NCBI GenBank assembly: GCA_964016885.1
Contig: OZ024749.1
Coordinates: forward strand, 14,074,001 to 14,138,000
DNA: 64,000 nucleotides
Origin: Eledone cirrhosa
Lineage: Eukaryota
Direction of reading: 5' to 3'
The notes under the pieces are model-generated. The model saw only the letters and a program-made list of their open reading frames with translations. It searched no databases and was not told the DNA's origin. Every line of letters begins with the position of its first letter. The stretch's first letter is position 1. The position numbers and the translations under genes were made by a program. Of this stretch, positions 25,631 through 43,024 are shown one piece after another.

Positions 25631-27157
25631 ATAAGTGCCCAGTCCACACTGTAAATGTGGTTGGCGTTCTGTCTCGGGTGAGTTAAACATGGTCCTCTGA
25701 CCTGTTTTTTCCTTAAGGGTCAATCCATCATTACCCATGAATGATGAGTGTTAAATGACGAACTTGATGATATATATATGAAGTGTGTATCATATATATA
25801 TATATGACATGTGTATGTATATTATATAAATGGCATATGCATACAAATATATATATCATTATCATATGTGCATGTATATATATATATGTATATTATGCTG
25901 GTACCACAAAACATCCAGCCCACACTGTAAAGTGATCATGTAGGTGTCACAAGAAAAAGCACCCAGCACACACTGTCTATGGGGTTCGCATTAGGAAGGG
26001 CATCCAGCCATAGGAAACCAGTCAGAAAACTCCTATATGAATGAGACACGGTCACCCGACCCAACTTGCCTCTAAATAGGACAAATCCGTGTAACCCATG
26101 ATAGCATCGAAGATAGATGTGAATTGATGATGATGATATATATATATATAAAGGAAGTGTGGTAAGGAACCAGATGGACCGTAACACACCAGAGTACTCA
26201 ATACTTAGGGTAGTAGAGTGGGTAATAGGAAAATGTTTAACCCCGATGGCAGAGCTCAAGCCGTAGAACCCAAGCCAAAATCGGTCTAGTGTGAGCTAGA
26301 GACGGTCATCTGCTCTGGCTTTGCTCACATCTGGACAACTCATCTAACCCATGCTAGCATGGAAAAATGGATGCTAAATGGTGGTGATGATGAGATATAT
26401 ATACTCATAGATAAGCTGCGACAAGTGTTCTTATCTGATGACCTTGTGAGCAAGCAGGTGAAACTCTCAAATAACAAGACTCACTATTTAGACTATATAT
26501 ATACATACATATATATATATACATACATATGTATGCGTGTGTGTGTTTGTGTGTATGTGTGTGTGTGTATGTGCATATATATATATATACATATGTATGT
26601 ATATAAATAGTCTAAATAGTCTAAATATATATATATATATATTATTTTCCCACATCTTACGTTAACTATTTTTCCATTTTGATGTTATAGTCACTTATAT
26701 ATTATGAAATACTGTTGGCTTCACGCTCACAATAATTTCTATACTTTCATTTATATATATATATTATATATATATATATAGCAAATGATTGCAGCTTATC
26801 TATGAGTATATGTATGTATATATGTATGTTATGCATGTATATGTATGTATATATGTATGTTATGCATGTATATATATATATATGAGATAACAAATTATCG
26901 TTATAGGTAATCCAGTTAGAGGTTGTGAATACTCCGTATTGTGGATAGTTTTAGCACACGGCTTTGTTTGACTCAACAAGAGGTTTCCTGAGGTGGCGAG
27001 TTTGTGAGTTCTCGGGAGTTCCTATGCAAGTTATATATATATAATGTAAACAAAAGAAGAACAACAAACTGAATAAAACCTGTTTGATGATGGTGACGAT
27101 GATACTGATGCTTGTTATGTTGCTAACTCTAGAAACTTCTCTCAACATCCTTGTTAA

Positions 27158-27368
27158 CCCTTTAACATTTACATTACTCTATATATGCTATTATATTTCA
27201 ATGGTTAACTCTTTATATCATTTGATTATCTCGCATAATTTCAAATCTATGAAATTTTGGTATTATTTATTTTGAGAACAATACCTTAACATCAGTATGA
27301 GTGGTCAGTTTGAACAGAAAGAGGTTAGAGAATTCTGGTCGGATATGGCCAGTTAAAATGCTAAAGGG
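27158..27368. mobile_element. piggyBac-type MITE; degenerate inverted copy at ~28982-29185
   Basis: TTAA|CCCTTTAACATTT...AAATGCTAAAGGG|TTAA: CCC termini with TTAA target duplication. Confidence 0.8.
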
Positions 27369-27806
27369 TTAATAATACCTCTTAATTCAATCCCTTCCTT
27401 TCTTCCGTCCTACCTTCCTTTCCTCCCTCCTCCATTACTGCCTTCAATCCATCCAACCTTCCTCCCTTCCATCCAACCTTCCTCTCTTCCTCCCTTCTTT
27501 CCTTCCATCCAACCATTCCTACCTTCCTCCCTTCTTTCCTTCCATCCAACCTTCCTACCTTCCTCCCTTATTTCCTTCCATCCAACCCTTTTCCCACATT
27601 CTCACATTCCTTTAACTACAACTTTGCACCATTCTAGAAACAACTGATGTCCTTATGGAGTGGCATGGCTGGAACTTCTTCTCACAACATGCAGAGATTT
27701 CACCAAAATCAAAATGGTTCCATGTCTTATTGTTGTCTTATTGTTGTTCTTGTTAATGTTTTTTATTGTTTTTTTTGTTGAATTTTGTCTGTTCATTTAT
27801 GTTTAT

Positions 27807-27842
<36 letters not shown>

Positions 27843-27979
27843 AAGTTTTAATATAGAAGAGCTTCTACAGGACTAGAACTGTTTCATTCGTGAGAAATCA
27901 TCTATATTAAAACTTGTATACTCTGCTATGTATTGAGTACCTTACTTACTGTGGTTACCTCCGATTCAACCCGGAATAA

Positions 27980-28045
<66 letters not shown>

Positions 28046-29327
28046 AATTCCGTCGGAAAGGTTTGGGAAAAAAGAGAAACCACTGGTAAATGAAATAATT
28101 ATCTTATGTTGTTTATTACATAACTATATATATAAATTCAACACTGAATTTTAAATCATTAATTTTTAGTTTTTAATTCTAATTAATTATTTTTAATTGT
28201 AATACTCAACATTTGCTAAGATGAATTTTAATAATACATCGAAACCGGTAATATTTTATATACTTTATATACTTTATATACTTTATATACATCATAAAAT
28301 GTTTTGTTTAAAAGAATTGTCCCTCTCAATGTCATCTTTTCAATAATGTCACTTTGACGAATCAAAGAAAGGGAAAAAAAAGAAAAATAGACCCTAAAAT
28401 ATATTTTCTGTGCTATTTCCAACTTCACCTTTTCTGTATATATATACATACAAACATATATATATATATATATATACACTATATGAAATATATGTATATA
28501 ATATATGTATATAATATATATATATATATATATATACATTTGTGTATATTATTTTAATAATCATCTGTTCATTTCTCTCTTGGGTTATTTTCTGCAACTG
28601 AAGACAATTCTTACCATTTTTAATCTGCTTAAGATTTAGTGATTTTAAACTAAGATTTTATGTATAATGCTGTATAATTCTTATATATATATACCTGTAT
28701 CTATCTATATAATTCTATACATACACAGATATTATCATGATATATATATGTTAATTCTATACATAACATACACACATGTACATACACACACACACATTTT
28801 CATCATCATCATTTTACATCTGTTTATTTTCTAAGCCTAGCAGGAGTTGTGACTGGTAGATAGCCCCAGAAATGGAAAGACCAATGGAAACATTGTTTCC
28901 TTGCACCAATTTGATGCGTTTCAACCCTCACCCCTCCCAACCCCTGGATATACAAATGAGGACGTGGATCTAGTCGATTGATTAGCTCTTTAGCATTTAA
29001 ACCAGCCATATCCAACCAGAATTATCTCACATCTTCCTGTTCAAACTGGCCATAACCAGCCGCTTGTACTGATGATGTTAAGGTATTGTTCTCAAAATAT
29101 ATAATATCAAAATCTCATAGATTCGAAATTACATGAGATAATTATGTGATATAAAGTGTTTACCTTGAAAACACAATAGTAAATACAGATTTTTATAGAT
29201 CAAGTCTGTACATAATCGGAGATACTGTTTCTATAGTGTTTTACTTACATTCTAGTTCTGCCATGGTTTCTACAGCAGAATGCCATTCCTAGTGCTGACC
29301 ACTTTCATGAATGTATTGAGTGCATTA

Positions 29328-29720
29328 GGAGAATTGGCAGTATCGGTAGAGGGTCGGACGCCATGCTTTCTAGCATAGTTATGTCCCTTTACGGTCTGAG
29401 TTCAAATCCCGCCGAGGTTAACTTTGCCTTTCATCCTTACGGGATCGATGAAGTAAAGTACCAGTAATGTACTGGGTAATTGCTGGCCTTGTGCCTAAAG
29501 TAGAAACAATTATATTAGGGCAGTGGATTGGTAGCACATTAGACACCATATTTTGCAGCATAGAGTTATGACCTTTTATATTCTGAATTCAAATCCTGCC
29601 AATGTTAGCTTTGCCTTTCATCCTTATGGGATCGATAAAATAAAGCACCAGTAATGCACTGGGGTCTATTTAATCACCCCCTTCTCCCCAAATTGCTAGC
29701 CTCAAGCCTATAATAGAAAT
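29328..29720 (+). mobile_element. Two tandem SINE family A copies
   Basis: Both contain GTTCAAATCC/ATTCAAATCC and GCCTTTCATCCTTA.GGGATCGAT. Confidence 0.75.
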
Positions 29721-29959
29721 CCTTATATCATGACACCAGTACTAGAGAGGTTGTAATATCCTTGAATAGCTAGAGACCTCTCAACACTTGGTTCGGTATA
29801 GTTTCTAGAGCTGGATTCCTTTTCTAATACCAACCATTTTACAGAGTGTACTGGGTGCATATTATTGTAGCTTCTTACACTAGGAAGTGTGTCTGCTGGG
29901 TCAACGGAAGGAAGATTGAGAGGGTGTCTGTGTTTGTTGTATACTACCAAGTCATACTT

Positions 29960-30200
29960 GATTACATGTGATGCGCATGGAGGATGACTGCTGGATAAAG
30001 AAGTGCCAAGAAATGCTAGTTGAAGGAAGACGTAGTAGAGGAAGACCACGAATAATGGAGGTGGTGAGAGAAGACCTCAGATCGATGAAGCTCACGGTGG
30101 AGATGACGAAGGACCGTGACAAGTGGAGAGATGCTGTGCTGAATAGGACCCGTCCCACCCTTGCAAGCAGGGAAAAGCGGACGTAAAATGATGATGATGA
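29960..30200 (+). mobile_element. RTE 3' fragment (family of the 50.7-52.1 kb element)
   Basis: HVMRMEDDCWIKKC...[11 protein letters not shown]-stop plus (ATG)n. Confidence 0.88.
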
Positions 30201-30361
30201 TATATATATATATACAGAGAGAGAGGAGAGTGGAATAATGCACTATTATTTTATTAAGCTTGATGCATTATTAAATTTGACAGTATGTAGGAATTAAAGA
30301 TGAAATTTGAATAACAACCTTGGTTTTCCTTTTGTATTAATTATATATATATATATATTTA

Positions 30362-30404
<43 letters not shown>

Positions 30405-30462
30405 GTTGATAGAAATCCATACATAAAGGAGCAAGGAAAACAGTACTTGATCTAAGAGAGCT

Positions 30463-30698
30463 TATATAGTATAAATAAAGTTTCATACACTTAACATGTA
30501 TATGCTACCAATGATTTTGGTGTCCAGACATGTCCACCATTGTATAATGGAGGAGGCACTTTTAGAAATATTTTTGTCCACGTGCCTGAATGAAGGGCCG
30601 GTTTAAAAGTACCTCCTCCATTAAACAGTGGTGGCCATGACTGGAAACCATTGGTAACACATCCATGTTAAGTGTATGAAACTTTGTTTACACTATAT
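30463..30698. repeat. Diverged palindromic element (~100-bp arms) with a degenerate hammerhead-like motif on +
   Basis: AAAGTTTCATACACTTAACATG / CATGTTAAGTGTATGAAACTTT arms; CTGAATGA at 30586 and GAAAC-cattg-GTA at 30644-30656. Confidence 0.7.
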
Positions 30699-31181
30699 AT
30701 ATATATATATGCCGTCGGGTCATACTTTTTCCTATTTCCCACTCTACTACCCAAAGTATTGAGTACTCTGGTGCATTATGGTCCATCTGGTTCCTTACCA
30801 CAATTCCTTTGTGTAAAAAGTAAAGGTGAAAAAGCAAAAAGCACAGGGGTGTATTTAAAGATTTTTATTTATTTAATGTGACAGAATGAAAATTATTATA
30901 ATGGATTTAAATTTGTCAAATATTACCTGTTTCAATTGGTATATCAATCTTTTCAAATATTAATAAAGTTTGTTCTCATATTCTAAGGGCAGTATATATG
31001 TATATATTATATATATTTATAAACATACATTCATTTTATTATAAAGCAAAAAAAAATCATTAACATATTTTTTCTTCATTCTCATCAAAATTTCTAGACA
31101 TCAAAATTTCAGCTGAGTTTGGGTAATTTTTTTTTCTATTTTTTATCATGTTTATTTCTTTTGTATTTTTTTTTACCACAG

Positions 31182-31295
31182 TTTGATGCTAAAATTGATG
31201 TAAATTCTGGAGTTTTACAACCAAACTATGTTGTAAACTCTTTTTCTGAGACGGAGAAGTTAATATCGGAGCAAAAATTACCCCGAAAGAAAAAG
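31182..31295 (+). CDS. Probable anoctamin N-terminal exon (FDAKIDVNSGVLQPNYVVNSFSETEKLISEQKLPRKKK)
   Basis: Strong polypyrimidine tract then accacag; open 114-nt frame; AAG|gtttct donor (weak); phase 0-0 joins 16541 to 57019 in frame. Confidence 0.55.
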
Positions 31296-31613
31296 GTTTC
31301 TATTTGTGATGTTTCCTTGAAATATCCTCCCAACCTTCAGTATGAACTTTTAACCCTTCCATCCCACCTGCACACTATGGTTTGCATGCCGATCCTTATG
31401 TGATTATCCAGTTCTCAATATCGTGGGGCTTTTGGTGAAGTTTTCTGCTCTTGTAGTGTTTTCCAATAGAACCATTTCTAACAATTGTTTTCTAAATAAA
31501 AACCTCAATATTTTTTCTTGATTACTAACTTTAATATAAATCCTTTTTTTTTTTTCGTAATAACTGTAATTAATTTTATCTCTTTCATTTTTACTCCCTC
31601 CTTTCATATATAT

Positions 31614-31840
31614 ATATATTTATTAAAATAACAGATTAAAGTTTAAGCAAAGAATCGCTGCTTTCACCCTTAACGGGATCTTCTGAAACTCATATTCTTT
31701 GAAACTCATATTCTTTGCTTAAACTTTAATCTGTTATTTTAATAAATATTTGCTCTACGGTTCTTATATATTTGATATATATTTATCCTTATCGAGCCCT
31801 CTTTGGATTTTAGTCTTCAAATTTTTATTATTACTATATA
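31614..31840. repeat. Palindromic pLTR-like element with hammerhead-like variant on -; relatives at 19553-19620, 31860-31945, 58905-59070
   Basis: TATTAAAATAACAGATTAAAGTTTAAGCAAAGAAT and its reverse complement; - strand CAGAAGA-tcccgttaagggt-GAAAG. Confidence 0.75.
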
Positions 31841-31938
31841 TATATATATATAATAATTATTATTATGAAGACTAAAATCTGAAGAGAGCTTAATATGTAT
31901 ATAAAACCTGTAGAGCAAATATTTATTATTTGGACAGA

Positions 31939-31987
<49 letters not shown>

Positions 31988-32070
31988 CAAATCAAATCAA
32001 AAGGTCAAGTTAAAAACTCACAATAATCCTGTACGATCCAATAAGCTCAAGGAACAGATTCCGACCTCTT

Positions 32071-32188
32071 TATAAATCATAGTAATAAGAGAAAGACTCA
32101 ATAAAATACATCAGATAATAGGGGATAAATACCAATCCCCTATTATCTGACGTATTTTATTGTCTTTCTTTCATTACTATGATTTATA
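32071..32188. repeat. Palindromic element (~55-bp arms)
   Basis: TATAAATCATAGTAAT...TCAGATAATAGGGGAT / ATCCCCTATTATCTGA...ATTACTATGATTTATA. Confidence 0.8.
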
Positions 32189-32250
32189 TAATTATATATA
32201 TAGCTGTCGAAACGGCCGGAGCTCAGCCGTCGGGGTCCTGACTCTTTTAT

Positions 32251-32282
<32 letters not shown>

Positions 32283-33592
32283 CTACATTTCTTCAACGCA
32301 ATGGTCCCTAAATTTATTTCCTTGTAGGGCCATTGTACCATTTTCAAATGAATCCATGGAGTCCCTATTTATATTTTACAAACATTCTCCATCACTCACA
32401 TGAGATTTAATAAGAGGTTAAATGAAACAATGTTTTAGAGAAATAATAACAGATGGGAGGAACCTATTTTTTATTTTTATTAAAAACCCCTTATCTTACA
32501 GAACCCCAGAATGTTTTCACAGAACAAACACATGGAAAAACTTGTTAGATATCCATTGTCAGGGCATAAATTAGATTTTTCCTTCAAATGATTTAGGTTA
32601 AAAAATGTTCTTGACCCGATAACATCTATTGTTGATAATACCTGGTGCTTCAACCACTATGATGTTATTATGGCTTTTACAATTTAGTCAGAAAGGTTAG
32701 AGACGTTTTAAGGGCATTTAAGACTGCTGAGAAAGGAAAAGTAGGTATCTCCCAACAAGAGACCAGGCTCAACATACTGAAGGCATCTTCCAGTCAGTCT
32801 ATGTGGGAAGTTGTGCTGGGCAGCTGATAAGATCTATTGCCCAAGTATGTCACAGTGGGATTTGAACTCAGAATGCCAATGGCCAGAACAAATACTACAA
32901 GGTACCTCACTGGATATTCTATGACTTAGAAAGGTTTGAATAAAACATTAATTAAAAACATGCAACTCTTAATAAGTTAAATAAGACTTGTAGATTTTCC
33001 TGCATATTTATAATTTAAATGGAACCCTATAGATAATGGATGGAGAACTGCAAGACTGTGTCCAATATATTATTTTATATCACGTGATTAAAATAAGTTG
33101 GATTACTTTGAATAAATCATGAATGAATATTATGTAATTTATCTACTAAATTTCTTAGCTCTTAATTAAACATAAATAATCTTATATATAATGTATTGCT
33201 TATTTCAAGATTCACTTCTGCTAAAGCTTTAAAATGTCAACTTCGGTTAGTGTTCATATCATAACATTTCGCTGTAATCTTGTCAATTTACATATCATAT
33301 CTATATGCATATATATTTGTATATACTATCAATATGCATACTACATATGCTAGCAGAAAACCGCCGGTTGTGCGGTTCTTCTGCAAGTGTCTTTAATAAT
33401 AGATCTAGTGGATCAATGATAACACAGAGCTAAATAATAATTGTTTCTACTTTTGGCACAAGGCCAGCAATTACCTCAGTGCATTACTCGTACTTTATTT
33501 TATCGACCCCATAAAGATGAAAGGCAGAGTTACCCTCAGTGGCATCTGAACTCAAACCATATGTATATATGTATATATATATACATATATAT

Positions 33593-33918
33593 GGAGGCTC
33601 ATGGCATAGTGGTTAGAGCATTGGCCTTGCAATCGAAAGGTTGTGAGTTCAATTCTCAGACCGGGTGATGTGTTGTTTCCTTGAGCAAGACACTTGAGTT
33701 CACATTGTTCCAGTTTACTCAGCTGTAGAAATGAGATGATAGGGACTGCAGTCCCTATCATTCCACTGCAAAGTGGTCGTGGAGGTGCCACGGCAAAAAA
33801 GCAGCCAGCACTCACTGTAAATGAGGTTGGGGTTAGGAAGGGCATCCAGCTGTAGAAATCAAGCCAGAGTCGGTTCCCGTCCCACCTTGCAAGCAGGGAA
33901 AGCGGACGTAAAATGATG
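33593..33918 (+). mobile_element. CORE-like SINE family B, full length
   Basis: tRNA head, core and RTE tail as at 19857-20186. Confidence 0.88.
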
Positions 33919-34301
33919 AATGAATGAAATGAAATATATATATATTTATATTGTTATACTTGGGGAGGGTCATATATATATATGTATGTGTATATATATA
34001 TATGTATATATATGTGTGTATGTATATATATATGTGTATGTATCTATATATGTGCATATATATATGTGTATGTTTCTATATATATATATGTGTATATATG
34101 TATATATATGTATATGTATATATATGTATATGTATATATATATATATGTATATGTATATATATGTGTGTATATATATGTATGTGTGTATAGATATGTATA
34201 TGCATATATAATAACTTTGAATAATAACTTTGAAATGTTTTGGCCAGTATTGGCCCAGGCCATGTCTAACTTAATAGCACCACCTGGCGAAGTCTTTCAA
34301 T

Positions 34302-36098
34302 TCAGGATTTGGGCACCATGGCCCATTCGAGAAGAGAATTACTGTTTGCGGAGACATATCCGGGTGTGGGTGGTTTGTTCGGGATTACTTGGAGGAATTT
34401 GTCCAAAGACTTCTTGAATTTTGTGTGGTCAGTTTCTGTTTTGACGTGTCCTGGTGTGATGTTGAAGAGAGCAGGGCCGATTGAGGTGAAATAATTGTGC
34501 CGTATTGTTGTTATGAGTTGCGATTTAGATTTTTGAATGGGACGGATAGCACGGGGCCCAAGCCTTGGGTGTATCTTGAAGGCGATGCCAACATCATTTG
34601 GGCAGTGATGATGGAACATTTTCCACATCATGCAGATAATATAACGCTCACGGCGACGTTGGAGTGAGTAAAGTTTCAGGTTTTCTAATCGACCCCAGTA
34701 GTCAAGGTCTGACATGCCATCTATCTTTTTCGTGATTGCCCTTTGAGGAGCTTCAAGTTTCATGATACTTTGTTTCGTGTGGGGAGACCACAGTGGACAA
34801 CAGTATTCAGGGTGTGGTCGGGCGAAAGTAGAGAAGAGAAGGATAATGGTGCGGGAATCTCTCGACTGGAAGGTTCTGAGGATCCAGGAACACATTCTGC
34901 GGGCCATGTCAACTTTGCTGCTTATATGCGTGGTCCAGCTTATGTTGCTGTCCACGGTTACTCCCAAGTCTCTGATGTTGTTAGATGCCACGAGAGTTTC
35001 CCCGGAGGGAAGGGAGTACGGGAGTTTCAGAGCCTCCTCTTTTCCAAAGTGGATCAGTTCGAATTTGTCTTCGTTCAGTAACATGTTGTTCTTTTCTGCC
35101 CATTGGGTAACAGCCAGTAGGTCTGACTGAAGGCTTATCCGGTCATCCACGCCATTGATGACCTTTTGGAGCTTGGAATCATCAGCGAAAATTTTAATGT
35201 TGCTGTGTTTGATGATGTCAGTGATGTCATTAATATAGATGATGAAGAGAAGTGGGCCCAACACAGTGCCTTGTGGGACCCCACTACTGACTTTGGCTGG
35301 GCTTGATTTGACTCCCTCAACTACAACATGTTGGGTTCTGTTTGACAGGAAGCTCTTGATCCACTGCAGCAGCTTTCCAGTGACACCAATATTGGACAGC
35401 TTTCTCAGTAGAATGTTATGATCAACCCTGTCAAAGGCCTTGCTGAAATCAAGGTAGATAACATCAGTGTTGGAACCCTCTCCCAAGGCTCTCAAAATGT
35501 CATCAAAGTGATGCAGTAGCTGCGTCAGGCAATCCCTTCCATTACGGAATCCATGCTGGTTGGAGTTCAGCATATTGTTACTCTCAAGGAAGTGGGTCAT
35601 TCGCGATCTCACCACTCGCTCAAATACCTTAATGATATGAGAGGTGAGTGAGATTGGACGGTAATTCACGGCAAGGGATTTGTTTCCCTTTTTGAAAACT
35701 GGGACAACAGACTGGGATAGAAGGTTTTCTGGCACATATCCAGCATCCAGTGAGTTCCGCCACAGATTGGCAAGAGGAGATGCAAGTTGGTGTTGACACG
35801 CCTTCAAGACACAAGCAGGGAACCTATCGGGACCTACTGCTGAATTATGCTTGATTTCCTTTATTGCCGCCAAGACATCAGGGGCGCCAAACGTTATGTC
35901 CGATAAGGTGTAATGGGGAGTAACATCGCCGATACAGCCCAGATCGGCCATATCAGGATTGTTGAAAACAGAGCAGTATTGTTTCTGCAGTATCTCACCC
36001 ATGGTTTTAGCATTGTCTTGACGAGTGCCATTTTCATCAATTAGAGGGCCAACAGTAGAGCCAGTGATTTTGTGTTTTTTTGCAAATGAAAAGAACAC
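34302..36098 (-). CDS. LINE ORF2 reverse transcriptase portion (598 aa)
   Basis: RT motifs including FADD. Confidence 0.9.
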   Translation of the reverse strand: MFFSFAKKHKITGSTVGPLIDENGTRQDNAKTMGEILQKQYCSVFNNPDMADLGCIGDVTPHYTLSDITFGAPDVLAAIKEIKHNSAVGPDRFPACVLKACQHQLASPLANLWRNSLDAGYVPENLLSQSVVPVFKKGNKSLAVNYRPISLTSHIIKVFERVVRSRMTHFLESNNMLNSNQHGFRNGRDCLTQLLHHFDDILRALGEGSNTDVIYLDFSKAFDRVDHNILLRKLSNIGVTGKLLQWIKSFLSNRTQHVVVEGVKSSPAKVSSGVPQGTVLGPLLFIIYINDITDIIKHSNIKIFADDSKLQKVINGVDDRISLQSDLLAVTQWAEKNNMLLNEDKFELIHFGKEEALKLPYSLPSGETLVASNNIRDLGVTVDSNISWTTHISSKVDMARRMCSWILRTFQSRDSRTIILLFSTFARPHPEYCCPLWSPHTKQSIMKLEAPQRAITKKIDGMSDLDYWGRLENLKLYSLQRRRERYIICMMWKMFHHHCPNDVGIAFKIHPRLGPRAIRPIQKSKSQLITTIRHNYFTSIGPALFNITPGHVKTETDHTKFKKSLDKFLQVIPNKPPTPGYVSANSNSLLEWAMVPKS

Positions 36099-36342
36099 TT
36101 TGGATTGAGTTTGATCTTCTCAATGGCCCAGGCCTCTTCAGCTCTTCTCTGATTGTTGATGAGGGACATTATGTTGTTTTGGAGGTTATGTTTTTTAATC
36201 TCTAGTGATGAAATGGCAGTCAAGTTGATGTGTTGCTGCTGACAGTATTTCAGCTTGTTGATTTTTTTGTTTGTTCTCTTAATTTTTCTGATGAGCGTTT
36301 TTCTATTTCTAGGGATTCTGCTCTTAGATTTGTTTATAGTTC

Positions 36343-37320
36343 TTAATGGGGTGTGTTTAGCACATATGTTTGTAACAGTGTCCACAAATGTCTGCCAGGA
36401 CTTTTTGATGTTAGTGGTGTATGAGTGTGCGTGAAGGACCAGTCGACATGTGCAAGATCATGACTGATCGCTTCCCAGTTTGCATTGTGGAAATCCATAG
36501 CATCAAACGGATGGACAGGAGAGATGACATTGGGTTTGTATATTGGACGGTGGAATCTCAGATCACAGAGAACCATGTCATGATCAGAGAGTAGAGTTTT
36601 CTCCACTGCAATATTGTGGATATTGTCAGTGTGATTGCTGAAAATTAAGTCTAGGACGTTTTTGTGGCACCTCGTTGGTTCGAGCACCAGTTGGGATAGG
36701 AAGAAATCATCCATGAAGTCAAGAAGCGATTCCACAGCTTCCCTGTCAGAGGTTGAGGCAGAAGAACCTGGTGGCAGGCTGTTTGTGGACCAGTCAACTC
36801 CGGGGAGGTTGAAGTCCCCCATCATTAAGATGTTGTCAGGGTGACACTCTTGGATGAAACACTTTATGCTGTTGAGGCATTCCTTGAAGCATGGTACAGG
36901 CGTTTGGGGTGGCCTATAGAGCCCAACTACTAATAGGTTGTTGGTTTGACTGAATACAGTGACTGCTTCACAGTATCCATTAGTGAATATGTTCATAGCC
37001 TCTGTTGAGAAAGAATTATGGACATAAATGGCAGTTCCGCCCTTTCTTCTGCCAGCGCGATCAGCACGGATGGCTTTGAAATTTTTCACTTTCACCTCGG
37101 CTTCCAAGTGGAGGTTACTGAGATGGGTTTCAGTGAGGACGAAGAAAGGGATGTGGTTTGGATGGACATCAATCCAGTCCTCCAGGAATTTGATCTTCCA
37201 TTTTTGAGTATTGGTGGAAGGGCTGATGCCTTGGGCGTTAAGCAAAAATGTAGAGGCGAGAGTGGATGGTTTTAATTGTTTTGGTGTGTTGTTAATTTGT
37301 TTGTTTGTTAATGGCAGCAA
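36343..37320 (-). CDS. LINE ORF2 APE endonuclease portion
   Basis: APE motifs GDFN, LDL, SDH. Confidence 0.88.
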   Translation of the reverse strand: MLPLTNKQINNTPKQLKPSTLASTFLLNAQGISPSTNTQKWKIKFLEDWIDVHPNHIPFFVLTETHLSNLHLEAEVKVKNFKAIRADRAGRRKGGTAIYVHNSFSTEAMNIFTNGYCEAVTVFSQTNNLLVVGLYRPPQTPVPCFKECLNSIKCFIQECHPDNILMMGDFNLPGVDWSTNSLPPGSSASTSDREAVESLLDFMDDFFLSQLVLEPTRCHKNVLDLIFSNHTDNIHNIAVEKTLLSDHDMVLCDLRFHRPIYKPNVISPVHPFDAMDFHNANWEAISHDLAHVDWSFTHTHTPLTSKSPGRHLWTLLQTYVLNTPH

Positions 37321-37410
37321 TGGGAGTTTGTGCAGTGGGGTGATAGTGGAGGGTGGTGCTGGGTGATAGCTCGAATGTTTTTTTCCAGTTCTTTGCCAGA
37401 TTCATTATGG

Positions 37411-38331
37411 CTAAAAAAGAGGAAGAAGTTTCCTGTTTAGAAGACTGTTGGTGACTGTGGTAGTGGTTATTTTTATGTAGGTTATGGTTTTTGTTTTTGC
37501 TTTTATTTTAATTTTATTTTCATTTGTCCGACGGGTCCCCGGGAGATGGGTAAAGGGACAATCCCGGTCTAAACACAATCTGTCTCGCAGGGAAAAACGG
37601 CAGATTTGTGGATTCCTTGTTTGAGTTATTGGTGGTTGTGTTGGTGTTAAATTAGAGTATGTATTATGGTGGTGGCTGTTTGTGGGGATAGATCGTTTTG
37701 TCCTAGGTAAATGGGTGAATTTGCAGCCACTATCCGTACATATTCTATAGCGTAGAGAGTAGCGGCAAATGATGGGGTTTCGCGTGGGTGGGTATGTGGG
37801 TGTGTGTGTTGTGAGAGGTGTAGATGATGGTTTGGGTAGGATTTGACGACCTTTGTGGACTGTGGGAGGGAGAGTTCTTGTACTGGTATTAGAAGGTAAA
37901 TTCCTTGACATAGCAGTAGACAAAAATGTTGTAGTAGTAGTAGTAGACAGAGATGTTGGCAGTGGTGATGATTGGACTGCTGGGCCAGAGAAAGGATGTG
38001 GCGTTTCATGCTGTGAGATAGAGGCTACTGGGGGGTCAATAGTTTCATTTAGTAGATCGGCCATTGTTGATGAATCAAGGAGTGGTTCACACTGTTGTTG
38101 TCGTTGTTGTTGTTGTTGCTGTTGTTGATGTTGTTGTAGCTGTTGTTGATGTTGTTGTTGTAGCTGTTGTTGTTGTTGCTGTTGTAGCTGCTGTTGTTGT
38201 TGTTGCTGCTGCTGGACAGCATTCGAAGAGAAAACACACCGTAGTTTATCCAAATGTTTATTGATTAATTTAAAACCAATTTCGATTTGCTTTAATTTAT
38301 TTTGAATCTGTTGTTCAGATCGAGTTTTCAA
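37411..38331 (-). CDS. LINE ORF1 (partial): coiled-coil/poly-Q and two CCCH zinc fingers
   Basis: [19 protein letters not shown] and [19 protein letters not shown], directly upstream of ORF2 on the same strand. Confidence 0.7.
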   Translation of the reverse strand: MKTRSEQQIQNKLKQIEIGFKLINKHLDKLRCVFSSNAVQQQQQQQQQLQQQQQQQLQQQHQQQLQQHQQQQQQQQRQQQCEPLLDSSTMADLLNETIDPPVASISQHETPHPFSGPAVQSSPLPTSLSTTTTTTFLSTAMSRNLPSNTSTRTLPPTVHKGRQILPKPSSTPLTTHTPTYPPTRNPIICRYSLRYRICTDSGCKFTHLPRTKRSIPTNSHHHNTYSNLTPTQPPITQTRNPQICRFSLRDRLCLDRDCPFTHLPGTRRTNENKIKIKAKTKTITYIKITTTTVTNSLLNRKLLPLF

Positions 38332-38372
38332 AAATTGAACTGTACGTTTAGCAATGTCGTTCAGAGATGAAG

Positions 38373-43023
<4,651 letters not shown>

Positions 43024-43024
43024 T

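Larger units (their letters stand above)
34205..38350 (-). mobile_element. CR1/L2-group (Jockey superfamily) LINE with ORF1 remnant and frameshifted ORF2
   Basis: ORF2 APE (LTETHL, GLYRPP, MGDFNLP, LDLIF, LSDH) and RT (NYRPISLTS, QHGFR, YLDFSKAFD, GVPQGTVLGP, FADD); frameshifts at ~36350 and ~36060; short tandem TTCAAAGTTATT tail. Confidence 0.93.

Noticed and set aside
27638-27716. Possible extra exon after a long pyrimidine tract
   Set aside because: The donor is weak (G|gttcca), the length would break the phase-0 frame, and there is no recognisable homology.
33593-33670. tRNA gene
   Set aside because: A and B boxes are present, but it is the head of a multi-copy SINE with no complete cloverleaf.
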